The notes under the pieces: generated by a model
What the model was told of the DNA's origin: nothing
What the model saw: the letters and a program-made list of their open reading frames with translations, nothing else
Databases searched by the model: none
Made by a program: the position numbers and the translations under genes
Source: Picochlorum sp. SENEW3
Lineage: Eukaryota
Direction of reading: 5' to 3'
DNA length: 64,000 bases
NCBI GenBank assembly: GCA_034226945.1
Contig: CP120455.1
Span: forward strand, 310,001 to 374,000
In this document: positions 10,771 through 22,318 of the stretch, one piece after another
Layout: each line of letters opens with the position of its first letter
How positions within the stretch are numbered: the first letter of the stretch is position 1

Positions 10771-11802
10771 TTAGAAATAATCTTCTATCACTCGAATACA
10801 TTCACTGATACTTGCATTTCTCATCATAGCATTTGCAAGTTTATCCTGCACTTTTTGGTGCCTTCGAAGCAGTGTAACAACATTGAGCACCGCCCATCGT
10901 ACTTGATCATCCGCCTTGGCCTGTGTGAATCCGAGGGCCCGCATCAAGTTATCCAACTGCATGATATCGGAAAGACCTCCTTCTGCTCTGCCGTATCGAA
11001 GCCACTCTGTAGCTACCCCGGCTAGAGCAACACAGGCATACACATCCAATGAGGAGGAGGACAACTTGCCCTGTGCAATTTCTTCCTGAAATTCAGAATC
11101 ACAAAAAGTTGTTCCTGCCTGGAAATTCAGTCTCCTGTTTTCCATAAATGCCTCCCAGCTAGAAAGTGTGTATCCTTTGGGTAACAGCCCTAACAAATAC
11201 GCAATCAATAAATGCCCAGCCTCGTGCTTGGCAACCCTCTCATGATATGTTGAATTGAGGACTCTAGCCGCACTATCAACCACGAGGGCCTCTAACCCAC
11301 CCGCATTGGCCACCTGATCTGCTGTCAGTATTAGTCCTAGGAATATAATAGTCTGAACGAGGTAAAATGTATCCACCGCGTGGGTCACAAACCCAGCCAG
11401 CAAACCAGCTGCAGCAGACAGTTGCAATTTTGTCCTCACGTCATCCAGTGTCGTGTCTTCTGGTGCCAAGAAATCTTTGGTATTAATTTTGTTCAGTCTA
11501 AGTTCTTCTATTGTGTAGGACCGCTTTGGCACTTGTCGGCCCTGCCCAAATGCCTTGAGGTCACCAGATTCAACAAGTTCCCTCACCAGTGATACTGCCT
11601 CCTTCTCTCTAGAGGCTGTCTTACTGCCATGAGACTGATGCAAAAGCCCATCCAGCTTATCCAAAGAGGGTGATATAGCATTAAGAGGGACTAGATGCCG
11701 TCGAATCGTCACATGTCGAGGGAATGAACGCGGCAATACTCCATGTAGTGACGGTCTTGGACAGCCAGTCGTAAGTCTCTTGCTAGGAGATATCGCAGTC
11801 AT
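10771..11802 (-). CDS. Plastid M41-like zinc metalloprotease domain protein (VIR3-like)
   Basis: Transit peptide, two hydrophobic segments, HEAGH, ALAGVATE..YG.AEGG..D; no AAA domain. Confidence 0.85.
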   Translation of the reverse strand: MTAISPSKRLTTGCPRPSLHGVLPRSFPRHVTIRRHLVPLNAISPSLDKLDGLLHQSHGSKTASREKEAVSLVRELVESGDLKAFGQGRQVPKRSYTIEELRLNKINTKDFLAPEDTTLDDVRTKLQLSAAAGLLAGFVTHAVDTFYLVQTIIFLGLILTADQVANAGGLEALVVDSAARVLNSTYHERVAKHEAGHLLIAYLLGLLPKGYTLSSWEAFMENRRLNFQAGTTFCDSEFQEEIAQGKLSSSSLDVYACVALAGVATEWLRYGRAEGGLSDIMQLDNLMRALGFTQAKADDQVRWAVLNVVTLLRRHQKVQDKLANAMMRNASISECIRVIEDYF

Positions 11803-12163
11803 TGTTGCGCTAGTTACGATACACCCTTCTAATGATCAACGAAATATCCGTCTTCAAACATTGCCGTCGACAAGAAAGAAAAGAGACAAAAAATTCAATT
11901 GTGAATGATGATCGAGATGAGCAGTTTTTGGTCCAATTTTTGGAAACTATCTGTAAAACATCTACCGGTCAAAGAACAGTCTGGATGGGAACATGCTAGC
12001 TTCACTTTCTTATTTTTTGAACATGGATTGCCGATGTATTCCATTTGTGATGGGCTCTCCAGCACAATTATTGGTACACGTAATGCTATACGATCTAGAT
12101 ATTTGGACGGGGATTTGGTAATTTGTCTTGTTGGTTGGGTACTATCTTCTCTCAAGTGGCACA

Positions 12164-13503
12164 ATGGGCATCCTTGAGAAGGTTAAAGAGATCGAGCTCG
12201 AGGTGAGCATGCATTGTGTTTTATCACATATTTATGTTGAACATGTATTACAATGCCACATGGACCTGTAGATGAGCCGGACTCAGAAGAACAAGGCAAC
12301 TGAGTACCACTTGGGTCAGCTGAAGGCAAAGTTGGCAAAGCTACGAACTCAATTGCAGGATCCAGCAAAGGTATGTGTGTCTTATGGTGTTGATAATGTG
12401 CCAATGTAATGGATGAATCGTCACATATACCACAGGGAGGGGCTTCTGGAGGAGGGGAAGGTTTTGAAGTCACCAAGTTTGGAGATGGACGCTGTGCATT
12501 AATTGGATTTCCCTCTGTGGGTAAATCGACGCTCTTGACCAAGCTAACTGGGACAAACTCCGAGACTGCTGCGTACGAGTTCACAACGTTGACCTGTATT
12601 CCTGGAGTGATTCACTACAATGATGCAAAGATACAGCTCTTGGATCTTCCTGGGATTATTGAAGGGGCCTCAGAGGGCAAGGGTAGAGGAAGGCAGGTGA
12701 TTGCTGTATGCAAGTCTGCAGATTTGCTTCTCATGGTATTAGACGCTAGTAAACCTCATTATCACAGGGAGATTCTGACAAGAGAGTTGGAGTCTGTTGG
12801 GATGAGGCTGAATAGAGATCCTCCGAATATTACATTCAGAAAGAAAAAGACTGGAGGTTTAACGATTACATCGCTTGTTCCTCAAAGTACAGTTGATGAT
12901 AAAATGGTACAGAGGATTTTGGCAGAGTACAAGGTTCATAATGCTGATGTCATCCTCAAGGAAGATGTCTCAGTGGATGATTTGATTGATGTGATTGAAG
13001 GTAATAGGCGCTACATAAAATGCCTTTACGTCTATAATAAAGTTGATGTTTGTACTATGGAGGAAGTGGACGAGATTGCACGGAGGCCCAATTCTATTCC
13101 GGTGTCCTGCTACCAGGACCTAAACATGGATGGTCTGTTGGAGAGAGTTTGGGATATGATGGGTCTTGTGCGAGTGTACACCAAAAAGACGGGGAAAAAA
13201 CCAGACTTTGATGATCCAATAGTGTTGAGTGAGGACAGAGGTGGGACAACTTTGAAACATTTCTGTAGATACATTCATAAGAATATGCTGGAAGAGTTCA
13301 ATTATGCCCTTGTCTGGGGAACGAGTTCCAAGCATATGCCACAGCGATGTGGATTAGCACATCATTTAGAGGACGAAGATGTCGTTCAAATAGTCAAGAA
13401 GAAGGTTATTGGTGGGTCTGAAGCTCGAGGAAGATTTAGACAAGGTGGAAACGAATATGTCCGGACTGTTGACCGCGTGAAGAAGAAGCCATTGAAAACT
13501 TGA
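12164..13503 (+). CDS. DRG2: Developmentally regulated GTP-binding protein 2
   Basis: MGILEKVKEIELE / RTQKNKATEYHLG; introns 12203-12271 and 12371-12435; GFPSVGKS, DLPGIIEG, NKVD; C-terminal TGS domain. Confidence 0.95.
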
Positions 13504-13532
13504 GGATAGTCTTCACACTGTGTGATAATAAT

Positions 13533-15371
13533 TTATGTATGTACGCTTATAACGTTCGAAATTCTACCTTCAAGGCTCGGCGAGACGCCATACTTTTTGT
13601 TCACCTCATCATAGTGGCAAAGCGTCTCCAGTTGTGTTCCTCGTAGCACAGAGCATGTATTTGAACAGTCATCAATACTTCCATTCTTCTCCAGACAATC
13701 ATTCAAAGTTTGAATACGTGACAGAAGCGCATATATTAATGTCACAAGCCGTGGAGCCGTCTCTGGATCTAACACAACTTTTGCCTTTTTCAATGTAGTG
13801 AATCCATCCTTGCCACTGCGAAGGTAGGCCTTTGTTGCGATTGTGTACTTGGTATCCAGCACAATTGACTTCCCACCGACACAGACACTGTCTGCTATGA
13901 CTCGCTCACCCGACTCTTTCGATGGATCAAAAGAATACGAAATCCCAGAAACCTGTAGGAATCTTCCCTCCTTTGCTGGCCACGAACTCACTGAAATTTC
14001 AAGTGCATCAATAATGTCCTTGCCAGTCATCTCAACCACAACCAATTCGTCCGTGAATGGCAGCATTGTAATCAAATCCTTCACAGCCAGTTGACCAGCT
14101 GGATGTATCCTATCAGACCGAATGGTGCCCGAGTTGAGCAGTGCTCCATCGATTGGCAACCCCATTCCCAATCTCATCACATCAGCGAGCAAATTACCTA
14201 GACTCGTCTCTGTATTCCTAACACTGTCAAAACGCGCATCCAAATCCACGAGCGTCCAGCCCAGAGGACTCAATATTTTTTCACCCATCACATCATTATA
14301 CTTTCTCACAATACAGGCAACCTCTTCATCCTCTGGAGTTGATGATGTAACATACATTCGTTTCCATGACACAAGAACATCCTCTCTTGAACGTGCACAA
14401 CAGTCCACCTCCGAATCAGTCTCATTTGTCGTTGATTCAACCCTGTCTGTACAAGGAACATTACCATTCCCAGCCCTTTTAGTTACTTTTAAAACCGAAA
14501 ATTCACGAAAATCCGTCCCACTCTTCAAAAGCAATGTCCCATGTGGTGGAACAAAATCTGCATGAGGGCTATGATCATGCCCACCCAAGATGAGGTGGAT
14601 ATCCTGTACATGAGACGCTAAAATTTCATCATTTGGGGCCCTCATATGCGTCAATGCTATAATCATATCACAACCATTCGCCAGCAATTGGTTGCACAGC
14701 TCTCGTCCCTTGGCAACAAAATCTATATACACCACATCCTGCTCCATATCAATACTTGGAATAGTCGCGAGCCATTCTCTCTCCACAAGACCGATGATTC
14801 CTAATTTCATACCATTATACTCCAACTCAACAAACTCCTCTGCCCCAGCAAGTGGCTTTTTGGTCCTGCTGTCCAGAACATTGGAAATAATCCAGGGAAA
14901 TTCAAATTCCGCCATCCTCTTCTCCAGTTCTTGAATCCCAAAGTCAAAATCATGATTTCCTAATGCAGCCACATCCACTCCAATAGTATTCATGATTGGA
15001 ACCATGTGCTCACCTTTTGTAAATGCAGATAATGTGCTGGGGTTGAGACAGTCTCCTGAGAATAAAATGAGAGGTCGACACTCCCCTTGGCATTGATCCT
15101 TTACGAGCTTTGCAAAGCGAGCTGCACCACCCACAGGCTCAGATTCTGATGGAAAGATGTCATAGACATCATTAAAGTGAATAATAGTCAGGTCAGGCTC
15201 AACTCCAGTGTCCTTCCTTGACGCACATGTTCTCCGTCCCTGATACCCACCAGTCCCTTTGCACCGTAATAAATGGATCAAATCCCATTTATATACGACT
15301 GAAAACGCACGAGGCCCTCCAATCGAAGGGAGAGAAGCGCGATGATAGGGCTGACGCACTGTCAAAACCAT
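13533..15371 (-). CDS. 5'-nucleotidase (calcineurin-like phosphoesterase plus 5'-nucleotidase C domain)
   Basis: HFNDVY, SGD, GNHDFD, LTH, GGHDH; R..ETSLGNLLAD, NSGTIR, GRFLQVSG, GKDGF. Confidence 0.92.
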   Translation of the reverse strand: MVLTVRQPYHRASLPSIGGPRAFSVVYKWDLIHLLRCKGTGGYQGRRTCASRKDTGVEPDLTIIHFNDVYDIFPSESEPVGGAARFAKLVKDQCQGECRPLILFSGDCLNPSTLSAFTKGEHMVPIMNTIGVDVAALGNHDFDFGIQELEKRMAEFEFPWIISNVLDSRTKKPLAGAEEFVELEYNGMKLGIIGLVEREWLATIPSIDMEQDVVYIDFVAKGRELCNQLLANGCDMIIALTHMRAPNDEILASHVQDIHLILGGHDHSPHADFVPPHGTLLLKSGTDFREFSVLKVTKRAGNGNVPCTDRVESTTNETDSEVDCCARSREDVLVSWKRMYVTSSTPEDEEVACIVRKYNDVMGEKILSPLGWTLVDLDARFDSVRNTETSLGNLLADVMRLGMGLPIDGALLNSGTIRSDRIHPAGQLAVKDLITMLPFTDELVVVEMTGKDIIDALEISVSSWPAKEGRFLQVSGISYSFDPSKESGERVIADSVCVGGKSIVLDTKYTIATKAYLRSGKDGFTTLKKAKVVLDPETAPRLVTLIYALLSRIQTLNDCLEKNGSIDDCSNTCSVLRGTQLETLCHYDEVNKKYGVSPSLEGRISNVISVHT

Positions 15372-15591
15372 ATATCACACCAAAAGGACAGTTACAAACC
15401 CACTATATCCTGAAACATTAAATTTATATATATATTGAATTCTTAGGCTATTTGGGAAGGAGGATCGCTGGGGTAAATCTCTTTGGATGAGGGATCCTTT
15501 TCAAACAAGACATCTGATCATGGACATGGGTACCCTGTTCATTTGAACAGCAGTTGATTCGCATCTAGACCCATTAAGTATACAAAATACC

Positions 15592-16581
15592 ATGTCATTA
15601 ACCTCTCATAGTCGCCTTCATGGCTCACTCGTGCGGAACATTGCCCGCATTGGTCAATCTTTCTTCTCATCATCTTCTTCTTCAAGTCCTGGGCTTCACT
15701 ACGAGGAGCTGGTCTTTGAAAGGGCCGAACAAAATGAATCTGAGAGTGTATCAGTCGTTCTTCATGGGCTGTTAGGGACTGGTCGTAATCTTCGCACGTT
15801 TGTCAACATGCTGTTCAATGGGTTGGTCTCTGACGAGACCTGCTCTACAAAACATCGCGTGTTGCTGATGGATTTGCGCCATCATGGGAAATCAAATCAG
15901 ATATATGATCCTTCAGGTCCTGATACGATTGAAAATGCGGCACAAGATGTGATTCACACGGTAGAAAAGGCAAACCCAGGAATAGGTGTGGAGAGGATTA
16001 TAGGGCATTCTCTGGGCGGAAAAGTGTCCCTCGAAGTGGCTCGGCAGCTTGACACACCATGTCAGGTGTGGACACTAGATTCGTTTCCATTTTCGTTCGA
16101 TGAATCATCCAAACGGAATGCTCTAGGTGTTTTAAAGGTGTTGGAAACAATTGCTGGGATTGTCCAGCCACTAGAAAGCAGAGCAGAACTGTACGAGATA
16201 TTAGAAAATCACGGTTTTAGTAAGGGATTGCAGCAGTGGCTAGGAAGCAATTTGGTAGGCAATGACGATGAGGGGTATGTATGGAACTTCCACGTCCCTG
16301 GGGTATTTAATATGTATGAATCATATGGCAAGACTGATTACAGCGACTTTTTAGCAAAGCCACCTGATCAGTGTCGTCTTGAAATCATCCGTGCACTGGA
16401 AAGTAAAGGATGGGACGAAGAATCAATAGAGAAGCTGCATCACCTGAGCTCAAACAGTCGAGGCATGACGCGTGTGCATGAGCTGGAGAATGCAGGGCAC
16501 TGGTTGCACGCAGAAAATCCGAGTGGTCTCGCGGAGCTGATGCTCCCACATATGAAGCATTCATGTGATTCTTACAATTGA
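15592..16581 (+). CDS. Alpha/beta hydrolase, ABHD11-like, probably mitochondrial
   Basis: LHGLLGTGRN, DLRHHGKS, GHSLGG, AGHWLHAENP. Confidence 0.9.
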   Translation: MSLTSHSRLHGSLVRNIARIGQSFFSSSSSSSPGLHYEELVFERAEQNESESVSVVLHGLLGTGRNLRTFVNMLFNGLVSDETCSTKHRVLLMDLRHHGKSNQIYDPSGPDTIENAAQDVIHTVEKANPGIGVERIIGHSLGGKVSLEVARQLDTPCQVWTLDSFPFSFDESSKRNALGVLKVLETIAGIVQPLESRAELYEILENHGFSKGLQQWLGSNLVGNDDEGYVWNFHVPGVFNMYESYGKTDYSDFLAKPPDQCRLEIIRALESKGWDEESIEKLHHLSSNSRGMTRVHELENAGHWLHAENPSGLAELMLPHMKHSCDSYN

Positions 16582-16600
16582 AAATAAAGCATCAACTTTG

Positions 16601-17710
16601 CTACTGTACCCAGTCTTTCGGCTGCCCGGAAAGCAATTCCAGGAGTTGCTCCTCTCGAGATCCCTCCTCTGGCACAACATTATACTTCCATGCAATCAGA
16701 GGTGGAGCAGAGACCATAATGCTTTCTATCCTCCCTCCCTCTAAACCAAACCTTACACCTCGGTCATATAACAGATTGAATTCCAAGTAACGACCTCGTC
16801 GCACCAGCTGCCAATCCCTCTCTCGATCTGATATTGGCAAATTCCGCCTTCTCTCTACAATAGGCATCCATGATGGAAGAATACCATACCCAACCCGCCT
16901 CACAAACTCCTCTACATTCTCAAAGGAACTCGATTCTTGATCCAAATCGTCAAAAAACAATCCACCTATCCCTCGATGCTCCTTCCTGGCAGGAATGTAG
17001 AAATACTCGTCACACCATGTCTTGTACTGCGAGTACAGAGAATCATCGTATTCATCACACAAACTCTTCCAATAGCCATGAAATTCTTTGAAATCATCTT
17101 CGTGTACATAAAAAGGGGTCAAGTCACATCCCCCTCCAAACCACCGCTGCCCACCAACCTCAAACACTCGAACATCAGCTCTCAGGGTTGGAATTGCTGG
17201 ATGTGCAGAATGAAACACCAACGACATGGCAGCTGCAGAGTACTCTTGTCCACCCCGAGGATCAATACAATCTCTTCCTCTACTACTCATCGATTGAGCT
17301 CTCGTTTCAGAGAGCACCCCCCGGATAATACTCACATTACTGGCAGCCTTTTCAACCACCTGCCCACCTTCCAACACCGCAGTCACACCATACCCAGATG
17401 ACGAAGGAGATCGTTCCCACGAGTCCTTCTTGAATGTCTTCCCCGACCCATCCATTGCCTCGGCCGTCTTGATAATATCCTGCTGCAGTTCAAGAACATA
17501 CTCTTCAAAACTTCCTGGGACTCCTCTGTGATTAGTGGCGTGTACACGCCATTGCAAAGGCCTTGGCCCACACCTACTGCCTCTATCTGATACGACTGAT
17601 GACGTTCTCTGGCACTGTCGAGAAGGCATCGACGCTCTCGAGGACAATCCACGCCTTTCATGACAACTGACAATTGACTCTACCGCTGAATATCCCATGC
17701 TCTGTACCAT
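16601..17710 (-). CDS. CPX: Oxygen-dependent coproporphyrinogen III oxidase, plastid
   Basis: WFGGGCDLTP, YKTWCDEYFYIPARKEHRGIGGLFFDDL, RRGRYLEFNLLYDRGVRFGL, RIESIMVS. Confidence 0.95.
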   Translation of the reverse strand: MVQSMGYSAVESIVSCHERRGLSSRASMPSRQCQRTSSVVSDRGSRCGPRPLQWRVHATNHRGVPGSFEEYVLELQQDIIKTAEAMDGSGKTFKKDSWERSPSSSGYGVTAVLEGGQVVEKAASNVSIIRGVLSETRAQSMSSRGRDCIDPRGGQEYSAAAMSLVFHSAHPAIPTLRADVRVFEVGGQRWFGGGCDLTPFYVHEDDFKEFHGYWKSLCDEYDDSLYSQYKTWCDEYFYIPARKEHRGIGGLFFDDLDQESSSFENVEEFVRRVGYGILPSWMPIVERRRNLPISDRERDWQLVRRGRYLEFNLLYDRGVRFGLEGGRIESIMVSAPPLIAWKYNVVPEEGSREEQLLELLSGQPKDWVQ

Positions 17711-17944
17711 GGCCCCTCTCTATCACCGAATCCGAGATTTCTGCTGATTTTGAGTAAAAATCCAAGTCAATCGTTGCAAAATACACCCGAATGATTCCCG
17801 GATCAGCCACAACGTTCACCATTCTGACTTTCTTTTCTCTCCTGGATTCTCCTCTGAAATCTTTGTCGTACCGATCGACCACCGCATCGTGTCGTTTTTT
17901 TCTTATTGATTATTTTTACCGGATAAAAATCTTTTCAGAACACG

Positions 17945-18352
17945 ATGTTTGCTCTCAAGGGTGCTCCAGCTGCAACACATTCAGCTCGTCTCCGACACGT
18001 CCAATCTCTCGGCCCACAGACCTCCGTACAGCCCCTACGATCTGTACAAGGAAACCAACATCAATCTATTGATCGCGAGGATGGGATTGATCGACGTGGG
18101 CTGCTGAGGACCACGGGAGTTGTTGTATCTGTTGTAGGTATGGCTTTGTTGGATCCAAAAGCCTCGTATGCTCTGGGAAAATCGACCAAAGAGCTTGCAA
18201 AGGCTGCACGAGAGCGTCGAGAGAAGTTGAAGGAGACTGCTCGTTTGGTAAAGGAGAAGGGTGCTGCCAAAGATGCCTTTGAGGCTTCAGATTACCAGGT
18301 GTCAGAGGAATCCAAGACACCCAATGCTGTGAATAGAAGTAAAAAGGATTGA
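17945..18352 (+). CDS. Small putative thylakoid lumen protein with twin-arginine signal, function unknown
   Basis: Transit-like N-terminus, then IDRRGLLR, a hydrophobic stretch and ASYA cleavage-like site, then a charged helical mature part of about 59 aa. Confidence 0.6.
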   Translation: MFALKGAPAATHSARLRHVQSLGPQTSVQPLRSVQGNQHQSIDREDGIDRRGLLRTTGVVVSVVGMALLDPKASYALGKSTKELAKAARERREKLKETARLVKEKGAAKDAFEASDYQVSEESKTPNAVNRSKKD

Positions 18353-18584
18353 TATGGAAAAGAGTATTGAATGCATATTGTATGAGAAGTAAAGCTGATT
18401 GATTGTCATCTTTTGTTCGATTGATGCTGACATTGTAAGACCGAGTTGATCTTTTCTTCTTATTCCATGTGTTTACATATAAGCAATTCTCATGGTATGG
18501 AATTCATCGCTGAGAAGGCGTGTTTGTATGTCTGCTGATCCCTCTGTGTCATTCTGAATAAAATTATTTATCTATAAAAAGACA

Positions 18585-20378
18585 ATGCGGGGTGTTCGAC
18601 GGGCGATGGCAGCACTCTGCGTGCTGAGCCAAACACCAACAACAATACAAGTGGACCCAACACTGGAAAAGAACTCGGAAGCAAAGGATAGCAAGGCCGC
18701 AGTGCTACATTGTATAAAAAATAGCGATGAAGATGAATCTGTTGAGAATGGCAAAGGTGCAGTTGGATGGCAGGTGGGTCGCTTGGCCATGGACATGGCC
18801 AGGAATGCTGTTCTGACGACTGCTTCGTGTAAGGCGAGAGACAATGGGGATGATAAAGAAAACCATGTGACCAAAATGTACGTAGAAAAGGTTGCAAAGG
18901 ATATTTGGAGCGAGATGGATGAGTATATTCATAGAAGGGCAAGTCAACTTGGGAGTGAGACTCTGTTCAACTCCAAGGTGGATTTGCCTATCGTTTCTGT
19001 GACGGGGACTAGATTCAAGGTGTCATTTTATATTCCGAGTGTGTTGGATGTGACGGGTATACGTCGAGGGGTGCGTGAGGCTGTGCGTGGTAGTTCTCAG
19101 CGTTCTATATCATTGTCAGAAGAGCAAACAACTGGGCCTTCTGGGAGGGCGAGTACTGTGAGGATTCAATCTTCGTCCAGTGGGAAGATGGTTATCAGTA
19201 TTCTAGAGCCATTTTCAAAGGATGAGTATGCGACAGTGGAGTTTGAAGGTGATCTTCAGCAGAGCAGTGTGAATATCATGTCAGAGGCAATGAGGTCAGT
19301 CTTGAGGACAGGAGGGGGCTGGCGGGGAAATTCATTTGATCGCATACCTGGTGGAGGAAGAATGTGGCAGATGGAAGATGAGATGGGTTCGTTGGAGGAT
19401 ATGATTCGAATGTTTTTGGAAAAGGGGATGATGGATGTGCCATTCTTCCAGCAGGATGAAGAGATGCGGCGTGGAGCGCCGCCATATCAGCGTCATCATA
19501 ATGAAACAGAAAGCAGCCAGGATGGGGTGGTGGAGCGACTTCGATCCATGGGATGCCAGGTATTCTTCCCAGAAGCTCACAGTCAGGAGAACAATGGTCA
19601 TACGGATTGGGGACAGCTCGCTGGGTATGAATTGCAGAAGAAGGCCATCGAGGAGAATTTATTGTTGCCTCTGAAGAAACCTGATGTGTATGATGAGGTT
19701 GCGAGAAAGACTCGGGAACACTATTCCAGCAATCGCCCACGGGCTGTTCTGTTCACTGGTCCCCCTGGGTGTGGTAAAACGAGCAGTGCACGGATCATTG
19801 CGAAGCAAGCGAGTGTTCCATTGGTATATATTCCTCTCGAGGCGTTGGCGTCAAAATGGTATGGAGAGAGTGAGAAGAAATTATCAGAAGCTTTGAAATT
19901 AACGGATGAATTAGATGAGGGCGCTGTATTGTTTCTAGATGAGTTGGATTCTCTTGCCACGAGCCGAGGGTCAGATATGCATGAGGCAACAAGAAGAACT
20001 CTAGGTGTCTTGTTGAGGCATTTGGATGGTTTCGATCTGTCCAAAAGAACAGTAATCATCGGTGCAACTAATAGGCCTGAAGATTTGGACGCCGCTCTGC
20101 AGAGTAGATTTTCCACCACAATACATTTTGGGCTACCGTCGGAGGAATGTAGAAGAGGTATTCTGAAGCAATATGCAAAGCAGTTGAAAGAGGGAGAGAT
20201 CAAACAGCTTGCAGCAATCACACAAGGGCTGAGTGGAAGAGATTTGAGGGATATCTGTGAAGTCGCCGAGAGGCAGTGGGCAACAATGATTATTCATGGT
20301 GATGCACCTTCTGAATCATTACCACCCCTCGACGTATACCTGACCAGCGTCAAAGCACGCAAGGAGAGCTTCATGTGA
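18585..20378 (+). CDS. AAA+ ATPase (single module)
   Basis: Walker A GPPGCGKT, Walker B LFLDE, IGATNRPEDLDAALQSRF, GLSGRDL. Confidence 0.9.
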   Translation: MRGVRRAMAALCVLSQTPTTIQVDPTLEKNSEAKDSKAAVLHCIKNSDEDESVENGKGAVGWQVGRLAMDMARNAVLTTASCKARDNGDDKENHVTKMYVEKVAKDIWSEMDEYIHRRASQLGSETLFNSKVDLPIVSVTGTRFKVSFYIPSVLDVTGIRRGVREAVRGSSQRSISLSEEQTTGPSGRASTVRIQSSSSGKMVISILEPFSKDEYATVEFEGDLQQSSVNIMSEAMRSVLRTGGGWRGNSFDRIPGGGRMWQMEDEMGSLEDMIRMFLEKGMMDVPFFQQDEEMRRGAPPYQRHHNETESSQDGVVERLRSMGCQVFFPEAHSQENNGHTDWGQLAGYELQKKAIEENLLLPLKKPDVYDEVARKTREHYSSNRPRAVLFTGPPGCGKTSSARIIAKQASVPLVYIPLEALASKWYGESEKKLSEALKLTDELDEGAVLFLDELDSLATSRGSDMHEATRRTLGVLLRHLDGFDLSKRTVIIGATNRPEDLDAALQSRFSTTIHFGLPSEECRRGILKQYAKQLKEGEIKQLAAITQGLSGRDLRDICEVAERQWATMIIHGDAPSESLPPLDVYLTSVKARKESFM

Positions 20379-20714
20379 GGTGCATTCCTCCAACTCGGGT
20401 GGGGGCGCCCATTTCAAAGGTGGCGCCTTCATATAACGGTTGCCCAACAGCGCATCATTGCCCACATAGGATTGCCACCCACGTGCGATACAATAGACCA
20501 AATACATTGAATCAAATACTCAAAGATATTTTGTAAGATAATTTATGAGCACCTATAGAGGAATAGAGTCGGTAAGATGAGCTCTTCCCCCTCTATCCCG
20601 CGGCTTGTTGCTCAGGGTTCACTGCACTCGCCCGATCTCATCCAGACAGATACGACCTGGAACCTAATTGTACGATATACTTTATATATTTATTTGTTAT
20701 AAAGTTGAGGCTTT

Positions 20715-22276
20715 ATGGATGTCTGCGCATTCTTGAGAGAGTTCGGGGACCAACTACCTCGCACCGTCTGTGCAATGCAGAGTCCTGACTCAGCAGTGGT
20801 GGAGAAAGAATCCCACGGGGAGGCCATAAAAAATTGTTTTGATGATCTTGAAAAGGAAATCAAGGTGCGATCGGATCCCATGTCGACACAGAGCGAAGAA
20901 ACCCTCTACACGTACCCACAATCATGACTGACGCGCTATCACCTGTCTTTGCAGTCGTCGACTGGACATGGGTCAGCAAAGCCTCCAATCTACAAGAAAA
21001 ATAATACAATTGAAAAGAAACCCTCTTTGGGGCAGATGCCTTCCCCTGGAGCCCATCCCCTCGACGTCCAGCAGGGTGGGCAACCGTCGAGACAGACAAG
21101 TCTCGGTGCTGACTTTGGACTGTTACGAACAAAGACATCAAGTGGGTCACAAAACGTGTTTAACGAGGTATTAGATCAGGTATGTGTAAGGGTCGTGAGT
21201 GTTCACAGATTGGAAAGGAATCAGGAGGTTGTGTGTCTCTGCAGTTGACAAGCCAGGAAGAAATCCTACCTCGCCAGGCATCTTTATATACACTTCCATC
21301 AATGACATTTTTGGAAAGTTTACTGGATGAAATGGACAGTAGAAATACGAGTCAAGGTATTTTACCACCCGAGCCTCCGTTGTATTGGCCAGTGGAATGT
21401 TTTGATTTGCCAGAATTAGACTTGCCTGCCAATGGTGTGGAATCATTGGAGCAGCTAGGCCTCCAGTCTCCTCAGATGCCTCGACCGAAAGAAGCATACA
21501 GTTGCCCAGCGATACATAATAACTCTTCAAATGACAGCATCAAATGTGACAGAGATGTCGATGGTGGCCAACCCCCGTCCAGTCCATTCATGGGAATACC
21601 ATATGCTCCAACTGCTGGAAGTGCAGCTCCAAGTCCACAAAAGCCTTCGCAAAGCCAGATGAGACAGCAAAGCTCATCATTTGAAGACGACGAGGAAGAA
21701 TATTTAGAGTATTTGAAGACATCAATGCAGACGAGCAAAAGTGGAAGGTGCAGAAAGGTGGCAAATTTTGTTGCTGGACAAAAGAGGAAATCACATGCGA
21801 TCAGCCAGTTTTCTGCACCTGCCGAGTATGGAAACAGAAAGAGTTTGTCTGGTGTTTCACATCAGACAAAGACACTTCAAGTAGAGGCAGAGGTTGCATC
21901 TGCACATCTGAAGAAGACTCAGAAGGGTACGTGCACTGTTTCTTGTTGTCGTATGTGATTGTTGCCCATTACCTTGGTATCAATATCATATCAGAATAAC
22001 ACCCTAATGCTGTGTTGTGTATGACCTGCAGTCCGAAAAGGAAAAGCTACCGTGTGCTTGAACTGTGGATCTACTGAGACTCCTCAATGGCGCTGTGGCC
22101 CTCTTGGCCCAAGAACCTTGTGCAACGCATGTGGTGTGCGATACAAGAAGGGACTGCCTCTAACCTGTTGGCCATTGAGAAATGGCATGATTTTACCCCC
22201 TGGAGCAGAATTACCTCCAAATATTATTGTGCCAGAAGGTATGACCATTGTTACACAGCCAGCTCGACAATATTAA
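20715..22276 (+). CDS. GATA zinc-finger transcription factor (4 exons)
   Basis: Introns 20865-20954, 21180-21244 and 21927-22031 keep the frame; [27 protein letters not shown] (C-x2-C-x18-C-x2-C). Confidence 0.85.
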
Positions 22277-22318
22277 AATAGTATTTGATGCATTTTTGCC
22301 ACCATAGAGATTTATTGA

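Noticed and set aside
18505..18560. GCTGAGA...CTGAT resembling a TPP riboswitch core
   Set aside because: No P1/P2 pairing or P5 loop, and not next to a thiamine gene; nothing similar in the TPK1 intron.
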